DNA of 64,000 nucleotides from contig OY762209.1 in the NCBI GenBank assembly GCA_963665295.1, positions 2,848,001-2,912,000 of the forward strand, read 5' to 3'. The notes under the pieces are model-generated. The model saw nothing but the letters and a program-made list of their open reading frames with translations. It was not told where the DNA came from and ran no database searches. This DNA is from Syntrophorhabdaceae bacterium. GTDB taxonomy: Bacteria > Desulfobacterota > Syntrophorhabdia > Syntrophorhabdales > Syntrophorhabdaceae. Each line of letters begins with the position of its first letter. The first letter of the stretch is position 1. Position numbers and translations under genes: made by a program. Below are positions 41,740-52,191 of this stretch, one piece after another.

Positions 41740-42384
41740 TTATCCGATCTCATCAGGAGAACGAAGGAGCGTCGCCGCCCGTCTCGCCTCCCTTTTCAGG
41801 TCACGCATGGACGGCTGCTCTGCCCGGATTACCCGGTTCGGGCCCACCACCCAGGAAAGAGGACGCCTTTCCCGTCCCACCGCCCTTTGGAGCAGGAGAA
41901 GACCCTCCATGAATGCGTCGGGGCTTGGGGGACATCCGGGGACGTAGACGTCCACGGGAAGAAACTTATCCACCCCCTGTACCACGCTATAAATATCATA
42001 CATGCCGCCCGAATTGGCGCACGACCCCATGGAGATTACCCATCGGGGCGCCATCATCTGGTCGTAGAGTCTTTTGATTACAGGGGCCATCTTTATGAAG
42101 GGGGTGCCCGCGACGATCATGAGGTCCGCTTCCCTGGGCGTGCCCCGAATGACCTCCGCACCGAAGCGGGCGATGTCATAGCGGCTCGTGAGGCTTGTGG
42201 CCATCTCCACGTAGCAGCACGAAAGACCGAAATTGAAGGGCCACAGGGAACTCTTGCGCCCCCACGCCACGAGGTTTTCAAGTGTGGCCAATACAAGATT
42301 CTTTTTTATCCCCTCCTCCAGGGAGGCCTTTTCCGTGACATGGGAGGAAAAGCTGTCTCCCGGCTTCGATAATGACCATTTCAC
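41740..42384 (-). CDS. nuoB: NADH-quinone oxidoreductase subunit B
   Basis: [18 protein letters not shown] and VPGCPP. Confidence 0.95.
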   Translation of the reverse strand: MKWSLSKPGDSFSSHVTEKASLEEGIKKNLVLATLENLVAWGRKSSLWPFNFGLSCCYVEMATSLTSRYDIARFGAEVIRGTPREADLMIVAGTPFIKMAPVIKRLYDQMMAPRWVISMGSCANSGGMYDIYSVVQGVDKFLPVDVYVPGCPPSPDAFMEGLLLLQRAVGRERRPLSWVVGPNRVIRAEQPSMRDLKREARRAATLLRSPDEIG

Positions 42385-42390
42385 CGTTTT

Positions 42391-42801
42391 TTATCCTCCG
42401 GTCCCGCTTCCCGTCCCTTTCCTCGACGTTCCCCAGTCCAGGGCGCCCATGCGGGAGAGATAGACAAGGGCGGCGAGGAGAATTCCTATGAAGACCACTG
42501 CCTCCGTGTATCCCGGCCACCCGAGCCCCCGAAGGGCGACAGCCCAGGCGTAAATGAAGAGGGCTTCAACGTCGAAGATCACGAAAAGCATGGCCACTAT
42601 ATAGTATTTCGCGGTGAAGGGCGTCCTGGCAGCCCCGGTAGGAGGCATACCCGATTCGTAGGGTTCCCCGGTCGTTCTGCCCGAATGTTTCTCGCCCAGC
42701 ACATAGGATACGAGGATCATGAGCCCGGACACAGCTACCGCACAACCGAAAAACACGGCCAGGGACCAAAAAGAAGTTGCCGCAGAGACCTCACCGTTCA
42801 A
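42391..42801 (-). CDS. nuoA: NADH-quinone oxidoreductase subunit A
   Basis: PYESG, AMLFVIFDVE and GALDW. Confidence 0.94.
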   Translation of the reverse strand: MNGEVSAATSFWSLAVFFGCAVAVSGLMILVSYVLGEKHSGRTTGEPYESGMPPTGAARTPFTAKYYIVAMLFVIFDVEALFIYAWAVALRGLGWPGYTEAVVFIGILLAALVYLSRMGALDWGTSRKGTGSGTGG

Positions 42802-43051
42802 GAATCACCTTCTCCCGTGTAACCGGTCCGGCTCATGGGGATCAAAACCGGACATGTACAATCCGGCGCCGGCCAATCGACCCTATCCGCGCACAACAGA
42901 GACTTCCGGGCCGACCGTGAACTAAATCTAATGTCCTCAACCTTTCTTGTCAACGAGGCCGAGGACGGACCCCGGCCGTTGTGGCCCGCTCTTCGGGGGG
43001 ACTTGCCTTGAACAGGAAACCGGTCTTATCTTTAGTTGCAGGAGGTACGAC

Positions 43052-43303
43052 ATGTCGGACTTCTATCAGAGGGGAGACAGAGGACTTTGCAGCCACCGGG
43101 CTCCCCGGGTCGATACTATCGCATTGAGACTCGAGAAGCATTCCGCCGAGACGCCCCTGACCATCGTTGCCGCCCCCCCCTACTGCGAACCGGAGAACCG
43201 CAAGGCCCCGGATATGCTTCAGGATATGAAAACAGCGCCGCCATCCACGACATCACTTTACGCAGGGACGAGGAAGTCCCGGGCGACGGAGAACATAGAT
43301 TAA
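43052..43303 (+). CDS. Possible small hypothetical protein (83 aa)
   Basis: AGGAGGT SD shortly before ATG 43052; no recognisable motif. Confidence 0.3.
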   Translation: MSDFYQRGDRGLCSHRAPRVDTIALRLEKHSAETPLTIVAAPPYCEPENRKAPDMLQDMKTAPPSTTSLYAGTRKSRATENID

Positions 43304-43427
43304 CGTTGTAGTGAATTGAGTAACGCGTAAACGTACTATGTCAGACCCGGCAACCGGATCATCGCGTGTCCCGTGAAGCGGGAAACGCCTCGCGGATAAT
43401 GCCGGCTATGTAGAGGGAGGGAAGATC

Positions 43428-44090
43428 ATGGAAGAAATGACCCCGTTTCAATTCATGGAGTGTGCAACGATTCTGAAAGCCACAGGCAAGAAGGCCCGTG
43501 ACATACGGGAACTGAGGGAAACGATCGCCCTCATAGGGGAGGAAAGTCTGTTCCACCACACGTGCCAGTATTTCCTGAAGGGCCACGTGCTTGAGTATAC
43601 CAACGACTTCGCCCACTGGATCGGCGAAAGTCTCGAAGAACGGGCCCTGTCCGAGCGACTCTCCAATGTCGATCCTTTTGCGGTGAGAGATATGAGCCGA
43701 CTCCGGACGGAACTGCTTTTCAGTATTGATGATTATCTCGACCAGTTCCCTGAACCGAGGGCGGCGGTGGCAGGAGACGAATTTTACTTCAACGAGTCGG
43801 TGTCCATCATTTTTCCCTCGAATATTCAGGCAAGAAATCCAGCCGAATTTCTGATCGCCCTGAGGTATGTCGATCCAAGTTCCATCTACTATCATTTCTA
43901 TGAGGCGAGGATCCGTCACGATAACGATGACTTTTCCAGGTGGGTCGAAGACGTTCTTAAAGACAGGGAACTGGCGGGGAAGATCAGGGTCATCGATCCC
44001 TTCATGTACAGCATCGAGAGAATACGGTCACGTCTTGTGGAGGCAGTCGAAGACAACGTGAGACGGGATATGGAGGTGGTGTCGTCATGA
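43428..44090 (+). CDS. DUF5752-family protein (TreT-associated)
   Basis: Internal duplication ESLFHH..NDFAHW / SSIYYH..DDFSRW; ATGA-coupled to treT. Confidence 0.8.
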   Translation: MEEMTPFQFMECATILKATGKKARDIRELRETIALIGEESLFHHTCQYFLKGHVLEYTNDFAHWIGESLEERALSERLSNVDPFAVRDMSRLRTELLFSIDDYLDQFPEPRAAVAGDEFYFNESVSIIFPSNIQARNPAEFLIALRYVDPSSIYYHFYEARIRHDNDDFSRWVEDVLKDRELAGKIRVIDPFMYSIERIRSRLVEAVEDNVRRDMEVVSS

Positions 44091-45304
44091 TCGATCGTTA
44101 TGCGGGCATTTCCCCCAAGGGGGACCTGGTTCTTCTGAAGCGGCTTGGAGAAAGGATGAGAGGCAGGTCCTTTCTCCACATCAATTCCACAAAGGAAGGG
44201 GGCGGTGTGGCGGAGATTTTGCACAGAATGGTGCCGCTCCTGGACGGTCTCGGGATCGACGTCCGGTGGGGGGTCATAGAAGGGGACGACGCTTTTTTCG
44301 ATATCACGAAGAAAATCCACAACGCCCTCCAGGGGAACCCGGAGGCCATAACCAAGGGTATGTGGGATTACCATTTTGAGATAAACAGAAAGAATGCGGA
44401 GACATTGGACCTCGATGCCGACGCTGTCCTGATTCACGACCCCCAGCCCGCACCTCTCATTGAATTCAAGAAGGGTGGTAAGTGGATCTGGCGATGTCAC
44501 ATCGATGTGTCGAATCCCATGAAAGAGGTGTACAGCCGTCTTTTCCGCTACGCCCGCAAATATGACGCCGCGATCTTTTCCGTGTCGAAATTTGCCCGGG
44601 CCATGGGTATTGACGAGTTCATCATCCCTCCCTCCATCGATCCCCTGAGTGAGAAGAACATCGAACTTTCCGACCAGGAGATTCACCAGGTACTGGAGAA
44701 GTTCGGCATCCCCCGGGACAGGCCGATAATCCTTCAGGTTTCCCGTTTTGACCGGTTCAAGGACCCCATAGGGGTGATAAAGGCCTTTCGGATCGCGGAG
44801 AAGTATAACGATTGCGTCCTTGTTCTTGCGGGGAGTCCTGCCACGGATGATCCGGAAGGGGAAGCGGTGCTGGAGGAAGTAAGGGAGTATGCCTCCAGCG
44901 ATCCCAACATCCACATCCTTCTTCTTCCGCCATTCAGCGACAGGGACATCAATGCCTTGCAGCGGGCCGCCACCGTGGTGCTTCAGAAATCCCTGAAGGA
45001 GGGGTTCGGCCTTACGGTTTCGGAGGCGATGTGGAAAGGCAAGCCTACTATCGGAGGGGCCATAGGGGGCATCCCCCTCCAGATACTGCATGGAGCAACC
45101 GGTTTCCTCGTCCATTCCGTAGAAGGGACGGCCTTCAGAATACGGCAGCTTCTCACTAACCCGGAAATGGCAAGAAAGATGGGGGAATTGGGCAAGGAGC
45201 AGGTACGCCACAATTTCCTCATCACAAGACAGACGCGGGACTATCTTTCCGTATGGTATGCCCTGGAAAACAGGGAAAACAACTGGCACGGTCTGACGGT
45301 ATGA
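44087..45304 (+). CDS. treT: Trehalose glycosyltransferring synthase (GT4)
   Basis: NSTKEGGGVAEIL, TKKIHNALQG, IHDPQP, WRCHID, QVSRFDRFKD and EGFGLTVSEA. Confidence 0.88.
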   Translation: MIDRYAGISPKGDLVLLKRLGERMRGRSFLHINSTKEGGGVAEILHRMVPLLDGLGIDVRWGVIEGDDAFFDITKKIHNALQGNPEAITKGMWDYHFEINRKNAETLDLDADAVLIHDPQPAPLIEFKKGGKWIWRCHIDVSNPMKEVYSRLFRYARKYDAAIFSVSKFARAMGIDEFIIPPSIDPLSEKNIELSDQEIHQVLEKFGIPRDRPIILQVSRFDRFKDPIGVIKAFRIAEKYNDCVLVLAGSPATDDPEGEAVLEEVREYASSDPNIHILLLPPFSDRDINALQRAATVVLQKSLKEGFGLTVSEAMWKGKPTIGGAIGGIPLQILHGATGFLVHSVEGTAFRIRQLLTNPEMARKMGELGKEQVRHNFLITRQTRDYLSVWYALENRENNWHGLTV

Positions 45305-47550
45305 GAATTACCATCCGCCTCATTGTCTCTCTCCTGATAGTGGTAGGGCTGGCGGTTTTTGTCTTTTCCCTGTATCAGGTGAGGAGCGAGGAGCGCCGCC
45401 TGGCGCGGGACCTTGAACGCAGGTCCCTTATCTTTGCCGAAAGCCTAAGGGAATCCGTGGCGCCCCTCATCGCGTCGAACAGGCCGGCCAGATTGAGCCG
45501 CATCGTGGAGCGCTTCGGCAATAGGGAGAGGCTGAGGGGAGTTGCGGTTTTTGACACAGAAGGCAGCATCCTTACCCTTACGGGTAATCTCAAATCAGCG
45601 ATCGCGCGCCCCTATCCTCTGGCCCTTGACGCGGTAATCGAGAAGCGGCCGACAGGGCGTTTTGCAATGATCGATGGGCGGCGCACCTACATATGCACGG
45701 TCCCTGTGGAGGGGGAAGACGGCGTGATCGTGGGTGCCCTGACGGTCTTCTACGACACGTCCTACATCGACGTCCGTCTACGGGAAATATGGAAGGACAA
45801 TGTTCTTCGTTTCCTTACCCTTTCCCTGCTGCTGGTTCTCAGCACGGTCCTTGTGGTGAGGTGGAGTATTACGGGACCCATAGCCCGGCTTGCCGGATGG
45901 GCCCGCGAGATGAGGACCCAACGGGGAGACGGGACGAGTCCCGTGGCCCCGTTGAGAGGAGATATGCTGGCGCCCCTCATTTCGGAGGTGACCAGTCTGG
46001 CGAAAAGCCTTGCCGTGGCCCGTTCCAGGGCGGACGAAGAGGTCAGGTTTCGCCTCGCGCCGGAATTCACCTGGACGTCACGGACCCTGAAAGAATATAT
46101 GAAAGTGGAGTTGGGTAACAGGAAACTGTTTCTCGCCTCGAACAGAGAGCCTTATATGCATGTAAAAGAGGGCTCAACGGTGAAATGGATAATCCCCGCG
46201 GGAGGTCTTGTAACCGCCCTCGATCCCTTAATGAAGGTGTGTGACGGCGTATGGGTAGCCCACGGCAGCGCCGACGCGGACCGTGAGTCTGTGGATGGAC
46301 GGAATACGGTGAGGGTGCCCCCGGACGATCCACAATATACCCTGAAGAGAATCTGGCTCACCAAGGACGAGGAGGACGGGTACTATTACGGCTTTTCCAA
46401 CGAGGGCCTGTGGCCCCTGTGCCACATCACCCATACCCGCCCCGTCTTCCGGCTTGAGGACTGGGTGTGCTACCAGAAGGTCAACGGGCTCTTTGCTGAC
46501 GCCCTCCTGGAAGAAATAGCAGGCGAAGAATCGCCCCTGGTCCTGATCCAGGATTATCACCTGGCCCTCGTACCCCTGTTGGTGAAACGGAAACGGCCCG
46601 ACGCAAAGGTGGCCCTCTTCTGGCATATCCCGTGGCCGAACCCCGAGTCCTTCGGCATCTGCCCCTGGCGACAGGAAATCCTTATCGGCATGCTCGGCGC
46701 GGACCTTTTGGGTTTCCATATTCAGTTTTTTTGCAACAACTTCCTGGATACGGTGGACAGGTTCCTGGAATCACATACGGACTGGGAACAGTTCCTGGTC
46801 AACCGCGGCGGCCACTCCACCCTGGTGAAGCCCTTCCCTATAAGCGTCGACTACCCTCCGCAATTGTCGGGAGAGGAGGCGCCGGACAAGGATACCGCCC
46901 GGGAGTCCATCTTGAAGGAATTGAATGTCGAGGCCCGATACGTAGGGGTCGGCGTGGACCGGATCGATTATACGAAAGGCATCCCGGAGCGTTTCAAAGC
47001 GGTGGAACGGTTGCTCGAGAAATATCCCGAATTGGTCGGGCAGTTCACCTTTATCGAGCTGGGCGCGCCGAGCCGCGATCATATAAGGAAGTACCGGGAA
47101 TTGCTGGCCGAGGTGGAAGAGATGGTGGAGAACATCAACTGGAGGTTCGAAACAAAGAAATGGAAACCCATCGTGTATCTGAAGGCCCATCACAGTCACG
47201 AAGAGATAGACCGGTATTACAGGGCGGCCGATCTCTGCATGGTGACTTCCCTTCATGACGGGATGAATCTCGTCGCGAAGGAATTCGTAATTGCACGTCC
47301 CGATGGCGACGCCGTACTCATACTCAGCCAGTTTGCAGGGGCTTCACGGGAATTGAAGGACGCCATGATTGTCAATCCCTATGATGTGGAGGAGATGGCC
47401 GAGGCCATTAAGGCGGCCCTCTCAATGACGCCCGCGGAGCGCGCCAAGCGCATGAAGCTCATGTATGACATGGTGAAAGAGAACAATATTTACCGATGGG
47501 CAGGCAAGCTGATTACCGCGCTGGCCCATGTGCGCGTACAGGCCGAATAG
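45301..47550 (+). CDS. otsA: Trehalose-6-phosphate synthase (GT20) with N-terminal TM-extracytoplasmic-TM-HAMP-like module
   Basis: [38 protein letters not shown] and DGMNLVAKE, preceded by about 270 aa of receptor-like sequence. Confidence 0.9.
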   Translation: MRITIRLIVSLLIVVGLAVFVFSLYQVRSEERRLARDLERRSLIFAESLRESVAPLIASNRPARLSRIVERFGNRERLRGVAVFDTEGSILTLTGNLKSAIARPYPLALDAVIEKRPTGRFAMIDGRRTYICTVPVEGEDGVIVGALTVFYDTSYIDVRLREIWKDNVLRFLTLSLLLVLSTVLVVRWSITGPIARLAGWAREMRTQRGDGTSPVAPLRGDMLAPLISEVTSLAKSLAVARSRADEEVRFRLAPEFTWTSRTLKEYMKVELGNRKLFLASNREPYMHVKEGSTVKWIIPAGGLVTALDPLMKVCDGVWVAHGSADADRESVDGRNTVRVPPDDPQYTLKRIWLTKDEEDGYYYGFSNEGLWPLCHITHTRPVFRLEDWVCYQKVNGLFADALLEEIAGEESPLVLIQDYHLALVPLLVKRKRPDAKVALFWHIPWPNPESFGICPWRQEILIGMLGADLLGFHIQFFCNNFLDTVDRFLESHTDWEQFLVNRGGHSTLVKPFPISVDYPPQLSGEEAPDKDTARESILKELNVEARYVGVGVDRIDYTKGIPERFKAVERLLEKYPELVGQFTFIELGAPSRDHIRKYRELLAEVEEMVENINWRFETKKWKPIVYLKAHHSHEEIDRYYRAADLCMVTSLHDGMNLVAKEFVIARPDGDAVLILSQFAGASRELKDAMIVNPYDVEEMAEAIKAALSMTPAERAKRMKLMYDMVKENNIYRWAGKLITALAHVRVQAE

Positions 47551-47584
47551 AGCCGCAAATACGGCGACAAGATAAAGGTGAAGA

Positions 47585-48373
47585 ATGGCGGGGGAGTATT
47601 TCTTTGAGAGATCTTCTTCGAAGTTGTGGCCCGGAGGGGCGAAGGTCTGTCTTTTTTTTGATTTTGACGGGACCCTTGTGCCGATCCGAAAGGACCCCGC
47701 AGCCTGTGTCCTCTCCCGTGAAGTGCGAGAGCGGCTGGCGCGTCTTACTGCATCTCGCGAGTGTATCGTGGCAGTGTTAAGCGGGCGGCCGTTGCCGGAC
47801 ATCAGGCAGAGGGTGGGACTTGACGACGTCTATTACGGGGGGCACCACGGTCTCGTTATCTCGGGTCCGGGCATGGATTTTGCCCATCCCTGTACCGCTG
47901 CTTCGCAAGACCTCGTCGGGGAGGTCCGCCGCGTGGTGGAAAAAGAGGTCCGGGCCATGAGAGGGGGCGCGTGGGTGGAAGACAAGGGGTTTTCTTTCGC
48001 TCTCCATTACCGGGGGACAGAGAAGGGCGTGAGCGTCCGTGTGAACGAGGTGTTCCATGACGTATTTTCCCGCACCCAGGGAAAGGAACATCTCACCATA
48101 CTCAAGGGGAAAAAGGTCATCGAGGTGATGCCTAACGCGGCGTGGGACAAGGGCAGGGCCTCACTGCTCATCCTGGATTTCCTTGCCGGTGGGTGCGTTC
48201 CCCTGTACGTGGGAGATGATGTCACTGATGAATCGGCCTTCACGGCGCTGGCGGAAAAGGGCGCTACCGTGCGGGTAGGCATGTCCAAAAGGACGGCGGC
48301 CCGGTATTATCTCAAGGGACAGTGGGAAATAGTGCGATTTTTGCGGGAGATAGAAACATCCTTGCAGGCTTGA
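47585..48373 (+). CDS. otsB: Trehalose-6-phosphate phosphatase
   Basis: FDFDGTL, LSGR, WDKG and GDDVTDESAF. Confidence 0.92.
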   Translation: MAGEYFFERSSSKLWPGGAKVCLFFDFDGTLVPIRKDPAACVLSREVRERLARLTASRECIVAVLSGRPLPDIRQRVGLDDVYYGGHHGLVISGPGMDFAHPCTAASQDLVGEVRRVVEKEVRAMRGGAWVEDKGFSFALHYRGTEKGVSVRVNEVFHDVFSRTQGKEHLTILKGKKVIEVMPNAAWDKGRASLLILDFLAGGCVPLYVGDDVTDESAFTALAEKGATVRVGMSKRTAARYYLKGQWEIVRFLREIETSLQA

Positions 48374-48466
48374 CGTCCCGCAGACAGGCCCCTTCTCTCC
48401 GGGGACCATGGCCGGTGCGGGGTCATGCCGGCAGGAGAATGTTCATTTGCGGCAGGGGCGCCCTGT

Positions 48467-50569
48467 CTACACGAGGGCGAAATGGAGCAGGTTCTTTTCC
48501 ACGTCGGCGAGGACGACACGGACCCTTACCCTGTCGCCTATCCGGTATATCTTTCTCGTCCGCCTCCCTATGAGACGGTATTTCTCCTCCTGAAAGAGGT
48601 AATAGTCGTCGTAGAGTTCGGAGAGGAGGGCAATGCCCTCGACAAAGACATCAAAGGGTTCCACGAAGATGCCGTAGGATGTGATGTGGGTGATAATACC
48701 CTCATATTCTTCGCCGATCTTGTCTTTCATGAAGAGAACCCTGATCCTGTCCTCCAGTTCTCTTTCGGCGTCCATGGCGATCCTCTCCCTTTCAGAGAGG
48801 TGAATTGCCATTGCCTCCAGATCCTTTTCATTCTTGTGCCAGGGGCTTCCGTCGAGAGCGCTTTTCAACGCCCTGTGGCAAACGAGGTCGGGATAGCGGC
48901 GGATAGGCGAGGTGAAATGGAGATAGCACTGGGAGGCAAGGCCGAAGTGCCCCTTGTTCAGAGGCGAGTACCGGGCCTGTTTCATGGACCGGAGAAGTAC
49001 CCTGTTTATAAGAAACTCGTATTCCTTGCCTTTCACGTTATCGAGGATCGCCCTCAGGGCCTTTATGTCTTTTACATTGGTCTTGTGCGGGATCGAGAAA
49101 GTGTCGAGAAGTTTTTCAAGGTCCCTCAACTTTTCTTTCTCAGGCTGTTCGTGGACCCTGTAGATCGCGGGAACCTTGTTTTCCGACAGAAACCTCGCAA
49201 CGGCCTCGTTCGCGGCGATCATGAATTCCTCTATGATCCTGTGGGAAAAGAGCCTCTCCGCTCTCAATATGTCCTTCACGCCCCCTTCGATGTCGAGGAG
49301 CACCTCAGGCTCGGGCAGGTCGAAATCGAGACTGCCCCTCTGTTCCCTCTGGGCGGTCAGCAGGTTGGCGAGATCGGCCATGTGGGTGAGCATGGGGAGG
49401 ATTTCCTTGATTCCCTTTCTCGTCTTCCTGTCCTTCTTCACGAGGGCGTCTTCCACCTGCCGATAGGTGAGACGCGCTTTGCTCCTGATAATCGATTTGT
49501 GAAAGGAGGCTCCCGTAACGTCACCGTTCTTGCTGAACTGAATTTTCGCGGTGAGGGTGAGTCGGTCTTCGTCGGGATTCAGGCTGCATATTACGTTGGA
49601 TAGGGCCTTCGGCAACATGGGAAGGACCCTGCCGGGGAAATATATGCTCGTCCCCCTATCGTAGGCCTCGCGGTCAAGGGGCGAACCCTTTGCAACATAA
49701 TGGGACACATCTGCGATAGAGACATAAAGGGTGTAGCCCTTCCTGTCCTTTTCCACATAGACCGCATCGTCGAAGTCCTTGGCGAATTCTCCGTCAATGG
49801 TGACGTGGCGAGTCTCCCTTAAGTCGAGTCGGTCTTCGGCAGGTATGAAAAACGTGACCCCTTCCGCTTCCTGCTCCAGACCTTTCCTGAATTTCAAGGG
49901 AAGGTTATGCTTGTATTCCACGAACTGGGCTATGTACTCCATGGTGGAGAGGCCGGGAAAGACCTTGAGTATGGTGCACTCCGCCTCCCTGCCTTCATCC
50001 GGAAAACCTGTGACCCGTGCCGCCACAAGATCGCCGTCCTTCAGTTTTCTGTTCTTCGGACCGGTAATGAGGAAGTTGCGGGAAACTCTTTCGTCCTCAG
50101 GGACAAGGAAGGGGATGTTTTTGTTTGTCTTGATGAATCCCACTATGTTGCGCATCTTCCGTTGCGCGATCTTTATGATCTTCCCCTCTTTTCTCCCGCG
50201 TACCGCATGCTCGACCCGCGCCACGACCTTGTCACCGTGGAATGCGTTCTGGATATACCTCGAGGGGATGAAGATATCGCGCTCGCTCTCCCTGTCGGGC
50301 ACCACAAAGCCGTTCCCGCTCCGGGTACACCAAAGGGTGCCTGTTTCGAGATTCATCTCATGAGGGATACCGAACCGGTCGTTCCTGAGTCTCACGATGA
50401 GACCTTCCTGTATCATTTCTCTGAGGAGATTCCGTAATGGTTTTTTGTCTTGTTTGCGCAGATCGAAGACCCTCAGGAGGTCTGGAAAGCCGAGAGGTCT
50501 CTTCTCCTGTCGAAACGCTTTCAGGAGGTTTTCTTTACTGAGAGGCAGGATAGCAGTCTTTTTTTTCAT
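48467..50569 (-). CDS. rnr: Ribonuclease R
   Basis: N-terminal HTH/CSD, TIDGEFAKDFDDA, HFTSPIRRYPDL and an S1 domain. Confidence 0.94.
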   Translation of the reverse strand: MKKKTAILPLSKENLLKAFRQEKRPLGFPDLLRVFDLRKQDKKPLRNLLREMIQEGLIVRLRNDRFGIPHEMNLETGTLWCTRSGNGFVVPDRESERDIFIPSRYIQNAFHGDKVVARVEHAVRGRKEGKIIKIAQRKMRNIVGFIKTNKNIPFLVPEDERVSRNFLITGPKNRKLKDGDLVAARVTGFPDEGREAECTILKVFPGLSTMEYIAQFVEYKHNLPLKFRKGLEQEAEGVTFFIPAEDRLDLRETRHVTIDGEFAKDFDDAVYVEKDRKGYTLYVSIADVSHYVAKGSPLDREAYDRGTSIYFPGRVLPMLPKALSNVICSLNPDEDRLTLTAKIQFSKNGDVTGASFHKSIIRSKARLTYRQVEDALVKKDRKTRKGIKEILPMLTHMADLANLLTAQREQRGSLDFDLPEPEVLLDIEGGVKDILRAERLFSHRIIEEFMIAANEAVARFLSENKVPAIYRVHEQPEKEKLRDLEKLLDTFSIPHKTNVKDIKALRAILDNVKGKEYEFLINRVLLRSMKQARYSPLNKGHFGLASQCYLHFTSPIRRYPDLVCHRALKSALDGSPWHKNEKDLEAMAIHLSERERIAMDAERELEDRIRVLFMKDKIGEEYEGIITHITSYGIFVEPFDVFVEGIALLSELYDDYYLFQEEKYRLIGRRTRKIYRIGDRVRVRVVLADVEKNLLHFALV

Positions 50570-50643
50570 AGTGTTGTTCTCTGAACCGCGCTGACGGTTA
50601 GCGTTCGGTACTATGCGCTGCCACTATCAACCCATGGTACTAA

Positions 50644-50735
50644 TGGCGGAGAGGCAGGGATTTGAACCCTGGGTACGGTTTTATCCGTACACTCGCTTAG
50701 CAGGCGAGCACCTTCGGCCTCTCGGTCACCTCTCC
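50644..50735 (-). tRNA. tRNA-Ser(GCT)
   Basis: Reverse complement reads GGAGAGG...CTCGC-CTGCTAA-GCGAG, long variable arm, GGTTCAAATCC and CCTCTCCGCCA; upstream TTTACT-N17-TATACT. Confidence 0.96.
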
Positions 50736-50834
50736 ACTGGAGAAAGTATACTGATTTGAGTGCAAAAAGTAAATCATATTCATCAAGGCTTCGCGGGCAG
50801 TCATACGGATCCGTGTCCTATCGCGGCACGTGAG

Positions 50835-50889
50835 TTGACAACAGGGGTCAGGTTATATATCTTATAGTAGACCTATAGCAATGCTATAG
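50835..50889 (+). promoter_or_regulatory. Sigma70-type promoter with downstream palindromic operator candidate
   Basis: TTGACA(50835)-N17-TATCTT, then CTATAGCA-A-TGCTATAG at 50873-50889. Confidence 0.6.
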
Positions 50890-50924
50890 TTAGAGGACAT
50901 TAACCGGCTTGACGGAGGTATGAG

Positions 50925-51215
50925 ATGGGGGAAGCAAAGAGCGGCCCGGAAGGAGGAGAGGATAGAGGCAAGGTCGAGGAATTCACCATGACCCTGAAGG
51001 TCCGTAACGGGGAAACAGGAGAAATCAGGACTTCCGGACCTGAGGAGGCAGAGACCTGGGATTGGCGGAACCCGGAGATATGGAGGGTGATAAGCGGATG
51101 GCAGGTCACCAGTTACAACCAACTGGTTTTTATACTCCATGAGAAAGCGAAGAAGGGCATCAGGGAGGTTGAACTGCTGGAAATACCCCGCTTTATGATG
51201 CTTTCCGGAGGATAG
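50925..51215 (+). CDS. Small hypothetical protein
   Basis: GGAGGT SD, its own promoter, and a natural-looking 96-aa sequence. Confidence 0.65.
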   Translation: MGEAKSGPEGGEDRGKVEEFTMTLKVRNGETGEIRTSGPEEAETWDWRNPEIWRVISGWQVTSYNQLVFILHEKAKKGIREVELLEIPRFMMLSGG

Positions 51216-51252
51216 GAACCGCATCCCCCCCATCAAAGGGTCCTGAAGAGGC

Positions 51253-52191
51253 CTACCTGGAAGGGTTATTGGATAATCTGAGAAAAGGCGGCTGGATCGA
51301 AACGGGCAGGTTGAGGAATTTCATGATCGCGGGCTGAAACTGCTGGTAGTACTGGTTTCCCTTGCCGGGGTCGGACGAGGGAAGCTCAAGGGTAAGGGTA
51401 AAAATATTCCTCTCCCGTCCCGCGTAGTTCCCGAGAGAGCCCGGGTAAAAGCCGTATTTCTTCAAGGGATGGTTCGTCTCCTGGCTCACCGTTTCCAGCC
51501 AGTTCGAGAATGAATCGAGGTCGGACGACGGCCCGTCGAAATCATACATATTCAAAGGCGAATGAACGGAGAGGATCTTCTGGGGCTTGAAGCGTTTGAT
51601 GAGGGCTATCTGGAACATCGTCTCCCGCTCGGAGCCGCCTTTCTTGCCCGGATAATAGCGTTTGTTCCTGTGGTATTTCCGTTCCCAATCCTGGAGCGCG
51701 CTTCCGGGAAACTCCTTGGTAGGAAAATTCCGGTTAATGTCCACACCCCTCGAATTGACCCTCCTGGGGGGTGTCGCGAAGAATCCGTCCGGGTTCACGA
51801 GGGGCGCGATAATGATGCACTTGTCCCTGAACAGGGCCGGGTTGGTGCGGATATACTGGGCAAGTCTCAACATGATATACACTGTGGGAGGCTCATCGCC
51901 ATGGACACCGCCAAGAAAGAGGGTGCAACTCGACTTCGGGCTGCCGAACTGGGCAAAGATCATGGGCCGCTTAAGTTCGCTGGTCCTGTAAAATTGCCAC
52001 GGCACATCGTCTGTCCGGATGTCCGTCCAACCCAGGGCCGTGCAACGCTGCCCGAGGGCATCGAGGAAAACCTTGAGTTCCTTTTTCTGAGAAGCCTCCG
52101 ACGCGGCCGCGTATCCTGAGGCGGCAAAAATTACCAGGAGGCAAAGGAACAGAGTTTTTATGGTTGTGACCGGGGACAGCCATATCTTCAT
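51253..52191 (-). CDS. Exported M14 zinc carboxypeptidase, MpaA-like murein peptide amidase
   Basis: GGVHGDE, NPDG, VDINRNFP, SVH, PGSLGNY and TLELP motifs; signal peptide. Confidence 0.85.
   Translation of the reverse strand: MKIWLSPVTTIKTLFLCLLVIFAASGYAAASEASQKKELKVFLDALGQRCTALGWTDIRTDDVPWQFYRTSELKRPMIFAQFGSPKSSCTLFLGGVHGDEPPTVYIMLRLAQYIRTNPALFRDKCIIIAPLVNPDGFFATPPRRVNSRGVDINRNFPTKEFPGSALQDWERKYHRNKRYYPGKKGGSERETMFQIALIKRFKPQKILSVHSPLNMYDFDGPSSDLDSFSNWLETVSQETNHPLKKYGFYPGSLGNYAGRERNIFTLTLELPSSDPGKGNQYYQQFQPAIMKFLNLPVSIQPPFLRLSNNPSR

Noticed and set aside
40642..42372. 576-aa plus-strand ORF
   Set aside because: It lies antisense to nuoB/nuoCD and has no motifs; a shadow ORF from GC-rich codon bias.
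43916..45289. 457-aa minus-strand ORF
   Set aside because: Antisense shadow of treT with no recognisable domain.
48425..49603. 392-aa plus-strand ORF
   Set aside because: Antisense shadow of rnr.
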